Shown here: positions 29,902-39,764 of the stretch, piece after piece | Position numbering within the stretch: the first letter of the stretch is position 1 | How the letters are laid out: each line of letters opens with the position of its first letter | From: Alkalispirochaeta sp. | GTDB lineage: Bacteria > Spirochaetota > Spirochaetia > DSM-27196 > Alkalispirochaetaceae | Assembly: GCA_965601925.1 (NCBI GenBank) | Contig: OZ271854.1 | Span: 1,824,001-1,888,000, forward strand | Reading direction: 5' to 3' | DNA length: 64,000 nucleotides | The notes under the pieces: model-generated | What the model was told of the DNA's origin: nothing | Databases searched by the model: none | What the model saw: only the letters and a program-made list of their open reading frames with translations | Program-made: the position numbers and the translations under genes

Positions 29902-29955
29902 TTATTAAGAATCATTCCTAATAACTTGACGATCAAAATGGGGCGTGATTATAAT
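29902..29955 (+). promoter_or_regulatory. dps promoter with upstream Fur/PerR-like inverted repeat
   Basis: TTATTAAGAAT-C-ATTCCTAATAA (29902-29924), then TTGACG(29926)-18 nt-TATAAT(29950). Confidence 0.7.
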
Positions 29956-30006
29956 CTACCCAACACATTGTACGAAGAGTACGACCATCGAAAGGAGCAT
30001 ATAAGC

Positions 30007-30477
30007 ATGATGACGAATGTCGATCTAGACAAGACGGCCACGGAAGCGGTAACTGCGAAACTCAGCACGCTGCTTGCCGACTACCACATCATTTACGGAC
30101 ATCTTCACGCACTCCACTGGAACCTCGAGGGGAAGGAGTTCTTCACGATTCATCGCGAGCTCCAGACGATGTACGAACAGCTCGCGGAGTACATCGACGA
30201 CGTCGCCGAGCGCATTCTCACCCTCGGTAATCGTCCCGCGACGACCTTTAAGGAGTATCTGGAGACCACGAAGCTCGCGGAGTTGCCGAGCCGAAAGTAC
30301 GACTCGGACGAGACGGTACAACTTGTCATTAAAGATCTCGACTATCAGATCGCCTCGTTGCGCGAGCTGATCGCGGTATCGGGCGAGCACAAAGACGAGG
30401 GAACCGCGGACTTCGGTATTGAGATGCTGCGCGCCCTCGAAAAGCAACGGTGGCTCTGGAGCGCCTTTGCCGGCTGA
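30007..30477 (+). CDS. dps: Dps DNA-protection/ferritin-like protein
   Basis: LHWNLEGKEFFTIH, DDVAERILTLG, DEGT and EKQRW; AAGGAG RBS before ATG 30007. Confidence 0.95.
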   Translation: MMTNVDLDKTATEAVTAKLSTLLADYHIIYGHLHALHWNLEGKEFFTIHRELQTMYEQLAEYIDDVAERILTLGNRPATTFKEYLETTKLAELPSRKYDSDETVQLVIKDLDYQIASLRELIAVSGEHKDEGTADFGIEMLRALEKQRWLWSAFAG

Positions 30478-30517
30478 GTAGCGCAATGACGGGTGCGCGC
30501 CTCGTCGCGCAGCCGTC

Positions 30518-30694
30518 TCAACCGTCCGTTCCTTCCCGGACGATCGGCGTCGGTTTGCACAGATACTTTGCGTGACAGGCGACGCGACCGCATTTGCGAC
30601 AGAGAGACCGCGCGGGCGCAACCAAGGCGCCCCACCGTTTCGGCGCGCGTTTCGGTGATGTTTTCTTAATGAGTTTGCACAATTTTACACCCAT
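30518..30694 (-). CDS. Small basic Cys-rich protein (58 aa), putative metal/zinc binder
   Basis: MGVKLCK...LCRKCGRVACHAKYLCKP; TG-n-TACGCT -10 element 6 nt before the ATG. Confidence 0.65.
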   Translation of the reverse strand: MGVKLCKLIKKTSPKRAPKRWGALVAPARSLCRKCGRVACHAKYLCKPTPIVREGTDG

Positions 30695-30742
30695 ATCCGC
30701 AGCGTAGCACCTATGCCGTCCCATCTGGTATACTCGGCCCCT

Positions 30743-32161
30743 ATGCGAATGGTTGCCATGGGACTCTTCGCCGTCTTTATGATGGGCGCGTGTTCCACCC
30801 TTACCGATGAGGCGCCGGAGCGGGCTCCCGAGTCGTCCGAACGTTCGCCCGAGGACGGGCCCGTTTTGAATCCGGTCGAAGAAGCCTACGAGACGATCAG
30901 TCTCGCGGTCTCGTTAGGAGACCCCGCGCAGGCGATAGCAGCATACGAAGAGGCGCAGTTGAGCGATCCCGACTCCCCGGAGACGCAAGTCCTCCTTGCG
31001 AATCTCTATGTCGTCGCCGGTGACCTTGAGAGTGCGCGATCCGTTCTGGACGATATACTTTCCGCTCATCCGGACAACGTCGATGCGTTGTACTCTCTCG
31101 CGCTGGTGGAAGGCGGTGCCGGCGACGGCGAGCGAGAGCGTGTGCTTTTGGAACGCCTCTCCGAGGTTGACCCGACACACGCCGCGGCGCGCGCCGCGTT
31201 GGGCGAAATCCGATTGCGGGATAGGCAGTACCAACGCGCGGAAGAGGATTTCGTCGCGAGTCTGGAGCAGGATCCGGCCAACTTCGTCGCGCTTATCGGC
31301 CTCGGAAATGTACGATTACGTACCGAGGAGCCGGCGGCGGCGCAGGAGATGTTTACCCGGGCCATCGAGCAGGTGCCCGATTACAGCTTCGCCTACGCCG
31401 ACCGTAGTCGCGCCCACATCATGCAATACGATCTCCAGGCCGCCGAGCACGATCTATCCCGCGCTATCGAGTTGGACACCGAGTACGTATGGCACCACTA
31501 CGACCGCGGCCTGGTACGTATGGAGCAAAACGATCTCGACGGCGCGATCGGAGATTTCCGCATCGTCATCGAACGCGATCCCTCGATTTTTTTTGCGTAC
31601 GTTCATCGTGCCCGGGCGTTGGATAGACGGGGAGATCGCCTCGCCGCCCTCGCCGACTACGAGGCGGCGGTGGACCTCCGGCCGGACTACCATCCCGCAT
31701 ACCGCTCCCTCGGTGTGTTGCTGTTCGAAAGCGAGCGTTTTGAAGAGGCGGCGTCCTGGTTTGAGCGCGCCTACAGCGGCGGCAATCCGAACGACCCGCG
31801 CGATCACGGTATGGCGCTTCTTGCGTCGCTCTCCCTGAAGTTTGCGGGCAACGAGCGTCGGGCTCGCGATGTTCTCGAGGACGCCGCGGTTCGGTTTCCG
31901 CGGCCGAGCTTGTGGTACGACATGGCGCGCTATTACATCGACGGGGGATTCGACGGGCGTATCATTCGTGCCGTTCAGGACGAAAGCGACGCACTGTTGC
32001 GGGCGAGAATGCAGTTTTATCTCGCCGGGCAATACGAAGTGATCGGCAGATCGGCGAGTGCGCGGTCTCTATATCTTGAGGTGCGTGATGGAGATATGCA
32101 GGGATTCTCCGAAACGCGCCTCGCCGCGCATCGCTACGAAAGGATGAGTGCCGCTCCGTAA
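30743..32161 (+). CDS. TPR-repeat lipoprotein
   Basis: MGAC lipobox followed by many TPR repeats. Confidence 0.88.
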   Translation: MRMVAMGLFAVFMMGACSTLTDEAPERAPESSERSPEDGPVLNPVEEAYETISLAVSLGDPAQAIAAYEEAQLSDPDSPETQVLLANLYVVAGDLESARSVLDDILSAHPDNVDALYSLALVEGGAGDGERERVLLERLSEVDPTHAAARAALGEIRLRDRQYQRAEEDFVASLEQDPANFVALIGLGNVRLRTEEPAAAQEMFTRAIEQVPDYSFAYADRSRAHIMQYDLQAAEHDLSRAIELDTEYVWHHYDRGLVRMEQNDLDGAIGDFRIVIERDPSIFFAYVHRARALDRRGDRLAALADYEAAVDLRPDYHPAYRSLGVLLFESERFEEAASWFERAYSGGNPNDPRDHGMALLASLSLKFAGNERRARDVLEDAAVRFPRPSLWYDMARYYIDGGFDGRIIRAVQDESDALLRARMQFYLAGQYEVIGRSASARSLYLEVRDGDMQGFSETRLAAHRYERMSAAP

Positions 32162-32177
32162 GGGGCGACGGTAGCCT

Positions 32178-33167
32178 ATGTACGGGATATCTTCCCTGGT
32201 GCGATACTTGGACCGCTCTCGTCCCATCGTTGTCCAGGCCCACGATTTTCCCGACCACGACGCGGTAGCTACGGCCTACGCGCTGTCGGAGCTTCTCAAA
32301 CAACACGGCTACCCTACGCTCCTGTGTTACGGCGGACTCATCCAGAGTCAATCACTCCGCGACGCGATTTCATCGCTGGCGATCGATATTCGACCGGTGG
32401 GCACATTGGATCTCCAGCAAAGCGCACAACTGATCGTCGTCGACGGATTTGCCGGCAATTCCAATATGACCGGGGTGCCGGGCGAGGTCGTTGCGGTGAT
32501 CGATCACCATCCGCCGCCCTGGCCGCCGCAATGTCCGTATGCGGACATACGCGATACGTACGGCGCGTGCGCGACGATACTATACGACTACTACAAGGCG
32601 GCCGACTCCCCGATGAGCCACGGGGTATCGACGGCTCTCCTCATGGGTATCATGATGGATACCGCATTCATGACCCGCGGTGTATCCGATGTCGATTTGG
32701 CGGCTTTCAGCGAGTTATTCCGCTCCGGTGACTGGCAGTTGGCCGCGCGATTGCTGCGCAATTCCCTCTCTCTCGGTGATCTCGCGGCGTTTCGCGAGGC
32801 GATCGATGCGTGCGTCATCGCCCGGAGCTTCGCGTTTATCCCGTTGCAGGGGGAGTATACCGCCGAGGTAATGGCCCTTATCGCCGACTTTTTTCTCGGC
32901 CTGAGGGAGATCCAGTTTGTCGTCGTTGTGAGCGGCGATCGGGACGAGTACCGCCTTTCGGTCCGCAGCGAAGCCGCGGAGTATCCCTCGGATGTCGTAA
33001 TCCACTACGCACTTGACGGTATCGGATCCGGCGGCGGGCATATTCATATGGGTGGCGGATCGGTGCCACGCGATCTGTACCCCGGCGACGAGGGCCTCCG
33101 TAAACGATTCATCGAAGCCCTTCAATCCGACGAGAAAGACGAGAACGACAATGACAAAGCAAAATAA
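32178..33167 (+). CDS. DHH/DHHA1 phosphoesterase (NrnA/DhhP-like)
   Basis: HDFPDHDA, VVD, IDHH, GIMMDT, SVRS and GGGH motifs. Confidence 0.9.
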   Translation: MYGISSLVRYLDRSRPIVVQAHDFPDHDAVATAYALSELLKQHGYPTLLCYGGLIQSQSLRDAISSLAIDIRPVGTLDLQQSAQLIVVDGFAGNSNMTGVPGEVVAVIDHHPPPWPPQCPYADIRDTYGACATILYDYYKAADSPMSHGVSTALLMGIMMDTAFMTRGVSDVDLAAFSELFRSGDWQLAARLLRNSLSLGDLAAFREAIDACVIARSFAFIPLQGEYTAEVMALIADFFLGLREIQFVVVVSGDRDEYRLSVRSEAAEYPSDVVIHYALDGIGSGGGHIHMGGGSVPRDLYPGDEGLRKRFIEALQSDEKDENDNDKAK

Positions 33168-34434
33168 CGACGGTGTACCGACGACCGACGAGTCGCCGGT
33201 CCTCGCCGACTCGGTTATCGAGGCGGCACACGACGATTCGAAGCCCTTCGACCCGGCGCGCTACGGCATACGCGTAGTCTCTCTATCGGGGAGAGAGTTC
33301 TATCTCCTCGGCACCGCTCACGTCTCCGCCGACAGCGTACAGGCGGTCGAGGAGACGATCGCCGGTGCGGGTGTCGACCACGTCTGTGTTGAAATCGACG
33401 AGCGGCGCTACCGATCGGTGAGCCGCAAGCGCGATTGGTCCCAGCTCAACATCTTCGAAGTGATAAAGCGACGACAGGCGTTCCTCCTGTTGAGCAACCT
33501 CGTATTGAGTTCATTCCAGCGGCGCATGGGACAAAGCACCGGGGTGGCGCCGGGCGCCGAGATGATCGCCGCGGTCAACGCCGCCCGAGCGGCCCGTATC
33601 GATTACTCCTTCGGCGATCGCCCGGTCCAGGCGACGCTCCGTCGCGCGTGGGCGAAGACCGGCCTATGGGGCAAGAACAAGCTTCTGGCGAGCATGATCG
33701 CCAGCGCCTTCTCGCGCGAGAAGATTACCGAGGAGGACTTGGCCCGCCTGCGGCAACAGAACGAGTTGGAGACGATGCTGCGTGAGCTTGCCGATTACCT
33801 TCCTTCGGTAAAAGAGGTGTTGATCGACGAGCGCGACCAATATCTCGCCCAAAGTATCTACGAGACCGAGGGTAAGCGGGTTCTCGCCGTGGTTGGGGCG
33901 GGGCATGTCGCCGGCATCGTGCAGTGGTTGGAGAAGATCGCCGAAGCTGGGTCGGGCGCGTCCCCGGTCGACAAGAGTGCGTTGGAGATCATTCCTCCAC
34001 CGGGGCCGATACGCAAACTCATTCCGTATCTCGTTCCCGCCGCCGTCGTGGGATTGATCATGTGGGGCTTCTTTCGCGGCGGCGTCGAAGGGGGCCTCCA
34101 GTCTCTGTGGCGCTGGATCCTCGTAAACGGAACGCTTTCCGGCGTCGGATCGCTCATCGCTCTGGCCCACCCGGTAACGATCGTCGCATCATTCGCCGCG
34201 GCACCGATCACGTCGATGAACCCCACCATAGGGGTCGGCTTCGTGACCGGTCTTCTGGAGGCGTTTCTCCGCAAACCGAGAGTCGAGGACTTTGAGAACC
34301 TCAACAACGATATTCTGAGTCTGCGGGGCGTTTATCGCAATCGACTCACGCGGATTTTAATGGTGTTCCTCCTCTCCACGGTGGGAAGCGCCGTCGGCAC
34401 CTTCATCGCACTGCCGCTCCTGTTCCCCGCATGA
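33151..34434 (+). CDS. TraB/GumN (pheromone shutdown) family membrane protein
   Basis: LLGTAHVS, CVEIDERR, PGAEM, LIDERD and VVGAGH motifs; C-terminal TM helices. Confidence 0.9.
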   Translation: MTKQNNDGVPTTDESPVLADSVIEAAHDDSKPFDPARYGIRVVSLSGREFYLLGTAHVSADSVQAVEETIAGAGVDHVCVEIDERRYRSVSRKRDWSQLNIFEVIKRRQAFLLLSNLVLSSFQRRMGQSTGVAPGAEMIAAVNAARAARIDYSFGDRPVQATLRRAWAKTGLWGKNKLLASMIASAFSREKITEEDLARLRQQNELETMLRELADYLPSVKEVLIDERDQYLAQSIYETEGKRVLAVVGAGHVAGIVQWLEKIAEAGSGASPVDKSALEIIPPPGPIRKLIPYLVPAAVVGLIMWGFFRGGVEGGLQSLWRWILVNGTLSGVGSLIALAHPVTIVASFAAAPITSMNPTIGVGFVTGLLEAFLRKPRVEDFENLNNDILSLRGVYRNRLTRILMVFLLSTVGSAVGTFIALPLLFPA

Positions 34435-34492
34435 GATAGCGGGCGGCCGCGGTGTGAGCGGTATCGTCTCGGTCGTGCGGCGAGGCGGCGCC

Positions 34493-35959
34493 TTACGTCG
34501 CCGTCACCGTGCCGAAGACGACCTTCACCGCGTCCGGGAGCGATTGTACGTTCGCCCACGTTCCGGTCTCTTCCGCCGACTCGTCGTCCGCGACGAGCGA
34601 ATCGTTCGCGGCGATCGTCGGACCTACCAAGCGCTCGAATCCCATCTCGACGGCGCTGCGTTCCCGCTGAAGACGGTGAGAGATGGGACGCACCTCGCCG
34701 GCGAGTGAGAGCTCGCCGGTTGCCAAAAGGCCCGCCGGTATCGTAAGTCCCGTTCGTGCGGAGTACAGGGCCAGCGCCAGCGGAAGATCGATCGCGACGT
34801 CCTGGATGCGGATTCCGCCGGCGACGTTGACGTATAGATCCTGATCGGAGAAGCGTATGCCGACGTGCTTTTCCAACACCGCGGCGACACGGCTGATGCG
34901 CCGATTGTCGATCCGGTCCGAGAAGCTGCGCGATACCGAACCTTTGGCGGAAACGGTGAGCGCCTGGATTTCTACGACCAGGACGCGCGAGCCCTCGTAG
35001 CACGGCGCCGCCACAACTCCGGCCGGGCGCACGCCGCGACCCAAAAAGATCCGACCGGGGTCGCCGAGCTCGTTCAAGCCGTCGTGCTCCATCGTGAAGA
35101 TTCCCACCTCCTCGATCGCACCGAACCGGTTCTTCGTCGCCCGCACGTAGCGCATGTCGCCTCCGGAGTGTTCGAAGAGGAGGACGGCATCCACCATGTG
35201 TTCCACGACTTTGGGGCCGGCGATCTGTCCCTCCTTGGTGACGTGGGCGACCATGAGCGCACACGACCGCATGCGTCGCGCCCAGTCGGCGATCTCGTGG
35301 GTGACGTATTTGATCTGGTTGATCGTACCGGGAACCGATCCCGCCTCCGGGGCGAGCATCATCTGCACACTGTCGATTACCACCACGCGCGGCTTGAGCC
35401 GCTCCAACTCGTCGAGGAGGTCGTCGAGGTGCGTCGTACACAGGAGCGACACATCACGACCGCGCACGGTCGTGTCGGCGGCCTCGGAATGACCGCGTGA
35501 GGGGAGAATACCCAATCGTTCGGCGCGCTGCCTGATCTGAGCCGCGCTCTCCTCGCCCGAGACGTACAACGCCTCTCCGCCGCCGCCGGCGAAGGCCATT
35601 TGCAGCATGAGCGTCGACTTGCCGATGCCCGGTTCTCCACCGATGAGAACGGTCGAACCCGGCATGAGCCCGCCCCCGAGGGCGCGATCGAGCTCTCCGA
35701 TCCCGCTTGAAATGCGCGAGCTGTGCTCCGGATCGATCTCGGAGAGGCGTCTGCTCAGCCCCGCGCCGTGCTCCACCTCGAGGCTCGGCGTCGCGTCGTG
35801 AGAGGCCCGGCGAGACGCCGGGGCCGAGGCGCTCCGTTCTCTCCGAGCGCGGCGCTCGGTGAGTGTGTTCCATTCGCCGCACGAGGGGCATTGTCCCAAC
35901 CACTTGGGTTCCCGGTGGCCGCACGCGGTGCATTCGTAGTAGGTGTGTTTCTTTGCCAT
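34493..35959 (-). CDS. radA: DNA repair protein RadA/Sms
   Basis: CxxC...CxxC zinc finger, GEPGIGKST, KNRFG, Lon-like C-domain. Confidence 0.97.
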   Translation of the reverse strand: MAKKHTYYECTACGHREPKWLGQCPSCGEWNTLTERRARRERSASAPASRRASHDATPSLEVEHGAGLSRRLSEIDPEHSSRISSGIGELDRALGGGLMPGSTVLIGGEPGIGKSTLMLQMAFAGGGGEALYVSGEESAAQIRQRAERLGILPSRGHSEAADTTVRGRDVSLLCTTHLDDLLDELERLKPRVVVIDSVQMMLAPEAGSVPGTINQIKYVTHEIADWARRMRSCALMVAHVTKEGQIAGPKVVEHMVDAVLLFEHSGGDMRYVRATKNRFGAIEEVGIFTMEHDGLNELGDPGRIFLGRGVRPAGVVAAPCYEGSRVLVVEIQALTVSAKGSVSRSFSDRIDNRRISRVAAVLEKHVGIRFSDQDLYVNVAGGIRIQDVAIDLPLALALYSARTGLTIPAGLLATGELSLAGEVRPISHRLQRERSAVEMGFERLVGPTIAANDSLVADDESAEETGTWANVQSLPDAVKVVFGTVTAT

Positions 35960-36046
35960 CTGGTAGCGTTACTGTAGCCTCCCCGACCGCGCCTGTCACC
36001 TCCGCGCTTCTCTTGACTGCCTTCCCGACGCCCGAGACAATAGGTC

Positions 36047-37465
36047 ATGAATCAAGAGGACGACCGACGGTCCGTTTCCGAGGGTGACGACGAAGCGCTC
36101 ATCCGTCGTGCAGTGCTTGAAATGATAAAGTCTACCGGGCGCCGGCCCCATCGTGAACAGATCGTACGACGTTTCGGGCTGTCGATGCCGAGCGAACTCA
36201 CCGCCCTCGATCGACTCGTCGCAGCGGGTTTGATTCGCCGTGCCGCCGTCGAACCGGGGAACCTCGCCGACGACGATGAGATCGACGAATCCACCGCCGG
36301 CAATCGACGCCAACGGCCGCACCCGTCGCGCGGTCCCTCAATATTCGGACTGAAGCGAATTCTCAAGAGTCGCGATCTCTCGGATCGCGAGATCGTCGAG
36401 GCGTACCGCGAAGAGTTTTCGCGCCACATGAAGGCCGAGAGAGCCGGACTCGTGGGCCACACGACGAGCTATCTCGGCGTCAATGTGATGCTCACCGTTA
36501 TTTGGGCGCTGACCGGCGCCGGTTTCCCGTGGTTTCTCTTCCCCGTGCTGGGATGGGGGATCGGATACATGTCCCATCGCGCCCGCGTAGTCTCGCGCGA
36601 GGAGGAGCACGGTGAGGTAATGGCCGTTGAGTCGCCGACGGCGGAGCAGCTTCGCCTTCACCGGCGACTGTGGAAAGTACGCCGGGGGTGGCGCACTCAT
36701 TTCGCCAGTATCGGCATGACGTCACTGCTGCTGGGAACGACTAACGTTATTACCGGCAGTTCGTTTCCGTGGGCGCTCATCCCCGTGGGATTCATGGGAA
36801 TCGGTCTCCTGGGGCACCATAATCGTCGACGACACAGGGAAGCCCAGATCGTCGACGAGTTGCGCGACGCCGGGTTCTCGCTCGCCGATGGCGCGAGTAG
36901 CCGTGTCGTGAGGAGGCCCGGATCCACCGCCCGGTCCGATGAATCGATCGATACTTCGGCCATCGACGAGGCGCGATCGATTCGCGACGAAATCAAAACG
37001 CGCATCGACGGCATGGATGACGCCGGAGAGCTTCTGGGCGACGATTTTCACGGTATTCTCGATACCTACGTGGAGCAAATCGAACAGTTGAGTACGACGC
37101 ACGACGAGGTAGCGGTACTCATCGGTAGTATTGCGATCGCCGATCTGGATCGGGAGCACGAGCGCCTTACCGAACGGGCGGCCTCCTCCGCGAATACACG
37201 CCTGCAAAAAGAGTACGAGCAGAGTTTGGTTCAGGTGGACAGGCAACGCCAGTCACACTCGGAGCTGCTCGCCGAGCGGGAGATCATCCAAGTCCGAATC
37301 TCCACGGCGATCAACGCGCTCAAGCAACTTCGTATCGACGTTGCGCGCGCCGGAAGTTCTCACACGCGCGCCACCGACGTAGTGCTAGGCGATCTTCGTC
37401 GCCGCAGCGAAGAGCTCAGTCGGTATCTCAAGGATCTCCAGGATGCGTACGATGAGCTGGAGTAG
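36047..37465 (+). CDS. Membrane protein with two 2TM domains and a C-terminal coiled coil
   Basis: Two copies of H...Y/I...(N)...IW/N..TG..FPW...P..(W/M)GIG...H; long helical C-terminus; TTGACT-17-GACAAT promoter. Confidence 0.75.
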   Translation: MNQEDDRRSVSEGDDEALIRRAVLEMIKSTGRRPHREQIVRRFGLSMPSELTALDRLVAAGLIRRAAVEPGNLADDDEIDESTAGNRRQRPHPSRGPSIFGLKRILKSRDLSDREIVEAYREEFSRHMKAERAGLVGHTTSYLGVNVMLTVIWALTGAGFPWFLFPVLGWGIGYMSHRARVVSREEEHGEVMAVESPTAEQLRLHRRLWKVRRGWRTHFASIGMTSLLLGTTNVITGSSFPWALIPVGFMGIGLLGHHNRRRHREAQIVDELRDAGFSLADGASSRVVRRPGSTARSDESIDTSAIDEARSIRDEIKTRIDGMDDAGELLGDDFHGILDTYVEQIEQLSTTHDEVAVLIGSIAIADLDREHERLTERAASSANTRLQKEYEQSLVQVDRQRQSHSELLAEREIIQVRISTAINALKQLRIDVARAGSSHTRATDVVLGDLRRRSEELSRYLKDLQDAYDELE

Positions 37466-37524
37466 CCGCATCCGTCGGGCGTCGACCGTCTCCGCGATAC
37501 GCGAGCGCTCTCGGCACCGGCGGA

Positions 37525-38652
37525 TCATCCGGCGCGCTTCTTAAAGCGCAGTGCGGCCAGGACGAGGATCGCGACACCGAAGACAACCATCGCCAGCCCT
37601 TCGTCCCAGAGCGTTGACAGCCCGGCGCCCTTGAGGAAGATCCCGCGGATTATGGCGAAGTAGTAGCGCAACGGCAAAAGGTACGAGATCAGTCGGATGA
37701 CCGGCGGCATGCTATCGATGGGGAATGCGAAGCCGGACAGGAACACCATCGGTACCATCACGAAGAATACCGCCGTCATCATCGCTTGTTGCTGGTTTTC
37801 CGAAACGGTTGATATCAACAGTCCCAACCCGAGAGTGGTCGCCAAGTAGATCGTCGACATCACGAGCAGCAGCACGACACTTCCTGCTATGGGTACGCGG
37901 AAGACGAAGCTGGTCACGACGAGAACCAGCGCGACGTCTATGAAGCCGATGATTACGAACGGGGCGAGCTTACCTACGATCAACTGTATGGACCGAATGG
38001 GCGTGACGTTCAGCTGCTCCAGAGTTCCGAGTTCTTTCTCCTTAACGATTGCAAGGGAGCTTAACAGCGTAGTGATAACCATGAGCAGCAACGCCAGAAT
38101 GCCGGGAACCATGAAGTTCCGGCTCGTTAGTTCCGGGTTGTACCAGATCCGCGACTCCACCCGTACCCCGCGCAGATTCAGCTCCGACGCTTCGGTCCCC
38201 CTACCGTGTTCGGCCGCAAAGTCGGCGACGATGGAGCGCGCGAAGTTCACCGCGGCTATACCCTCGGTGCTGTTGGTCCCGTCGACGACGATCTGGACCG
38301 TTGCCGCACCGGTCGACAACGCCGCGTCGAAACCCCTCGGTATCGAAAGCACCACCCCGGCGCGTCCCGCCTCCAAAAGCTCTTCGACGTCGCGCGGACT
38401 CGTCGGATGACGTTCGGCGGGATCGATCCCCGCGAAGACTCCGGTTGAGAGAAACGACTCGGACAGCTGGCGGCTGGCGACGCTTCGATCTGCGTCGTAG
38501 ACCGCCGTAGGAATGTCTTCGACGTCGAGATTGGCGGCGTAACCCAGGAGGATGAGCTGCAGTACCGGTGCAATGAACACGATGGGCAGCATCAGGCGGT
38601 CGCGTTTGAGCTGCAGAAACTCTTTTCGCAAGACGTAAGGCAATACCCTCAT
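37525..38652 (-). CDS. ABC-2 type exporter permease (YbhR-like)
   Basis: Starts MRVLPYVLRKEF (TAATG overlap); WYNPEL, KEKELGTLEQL and LSGFAFPI motifs. Confidence 0.92.
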   Translation of the reverse strand: MRVLPYVLRKEFLQLKRDRLMLPIVFIAPVLQLILLGYAANLDVEDIPTAVYDADRSVASRQLSESFLSTGVFAGIDPAERHPTSPRDVEELLEAGRAGVVLSIPRGFDAALSTGAATVQIVVDGTNSTEGIAAVNFARSIVADFAAEHGRGTEASELNLRGVRVESRIWYNPELTSRNFMVPGILALLLMVITTLLSSLAIVKEKELGTLEQLNVTPIRSIQLIVGKLAPFVIIGFIDVALVLVVTSFVFRVPIAGSVVLLLVMSTIYLATTLGLGLLISTVSENQQQAMMTAVFFVMVPMVFLSGFAFPIDSMPPVIRLISYLLPLRYYFAIIRGIFLKGAGLSTLWDEGLAMVVFGVAILVLAALRFKKRAG

Positions 38653-39764
38653 TAATCGAAACTCCCGACGCGTATGCGATAACTTCCGGCTCCCACGGTG
38701 ACGATCGAAAACGCGGTGAGGATTACGAGCCGGGGCCAGATCACTGCGATACCCGCTCCGCGCAGAACGATCGCTCGTATCGCCTCGAGGTAGTGTCTGG
38801 CCGGTATGATATTGGTCATCATTTGGATCGGCATCGGCATGTTGCGCACCGGGAAGATAAAGCCCGAAAGGATGAAGGAGGGGAGAAACGTCGAGAGGAT
38901 CGCGATCAAAAAAGCGACCTGTTGAGTCTCGGCGATCGTTGAGATAAAAACCCCGAACCCAAGAGAAGCAAAGAGAAACAGCAGCGTCGTCACGGCAAGG
39001 AGAACGCGGTTTCCCGCGATGACGACGTCGAAGAGGAGGTGGCTCAGCACGAAAATGGCGACCGCGGTAATGAACGAGATCGCCAGATACGGGAGGGTCT
39101 TTCCGATGATCAACTCCGTGGCCGACAGGGGCGATACGGCCAACTGCTCCATGGATCCGAGCTCCCTTTCGCGTACGACCGACAGGGCGGTAGAGATGAC
39201 CGACGTTACGATGAGGATAAAAGCGACCAGGCCGGGAACCAGAAATTGGTTGCTCTCCAGCTCGGGGTTGAACCACACCCGCGGCCGGAAGTCGATATGC
39301 CGCCTCGCCGCCGTTTCTCGCTCGTCGATCCCCTCGAACTCGGCGACAATCGACTGCATGTAGCCGAGGACGGTATTGCCGGTCGTGCCGTCGCTTCCGT
39401 CCACGATAATCTGGGCGACGGAGCCGCGGCCGGCGGCGAGGTCCGCCCCGAACTCGCGCGGAATGACGACCGCCCCGAGCGCCCGTCCACGTTTGTAGAG
39501 TAGGTCGAGGGAGTCGCCGTTCGGAAGGTAGTGGCGCACGTCGATGAAGCGGCTTTCGTGCAACGTCCGGGTCAGTGCGCGGCTTTCCGGCGAATGGTCG
39601 TAGTCCACGACGGCGATGGGAGCGTGCTCCACGTCAAGGCTGATTGCGTAGCCGACCATCACCAGCAGGAATGCGGGTACGACCAAGAGAACCGCGAGGG
39701 TCCGTCGGTCTCGGAGGATTTGACGTACCTCCTTTCTCACCATCGCACGAGTTCTCCGTATCAC
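38652..39764 (-). CDS. ABC-2 type exporter permease (YbhS-like)
   Basis: KEVRQILRD, WFNPEL and RERELGSMEQL motifs; GTG start overlaps the upstream stop. Confidence 0.92.
   Translation of the reverse strand: MIRRTRAMVRKEVRQILRDRRTLAVLLVVPAFLLVMVGYAISLDVEHAPIAVVDYDHSPESRALTRTLHESRFIDVRHYLPNGDSLDLLYKRGRALGAVVIPREFGADLAAGRGSVAQIIVDGSDGTTGNTVLGYMQSIVAEFEGIDERETAARRHIDFRPRVWFNPELESNQFLVPGLVAFILIVTSVISTALSVVRERELGSMEQLAVSPLSATELIIGKTLPYLAISFITAVAIFVLSHLLFDVVIAGNRVLLAVTTLLFLFASLGFGVFISTIAETQQVAFLIAILSTFLPSFILSGFIFPVRNMPMPIQMMTNIIPARHYLEAIRAIVLRGAGIAVIWPRLVILTAFSIVTVGAGSYRIRVGSFD

Noticed and set aside
29701..30006. N-terminal extension of Dps in the ORF track (similarly the extensions of 8822..10153, 24428..25591, 37525..39276 and 60085..61977)
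   Set aside because: The extensions overlap neighbouring genes or promoters; RBS position, gene overlaps and family homology point to the downstream starts.
33151..34434. TraB as a sign of a conjugative element
   Set aside because: This is the chromosomal TraB/GumN pheromone-shutdown family; no relaxase or T4SS genes nearby.
32178..35959. DHH + radA as a c-di-AMP DNA-integrity module
   Set aside because: No disA/dac gene present, the genes are convergent, and DHH specificity is unknown.
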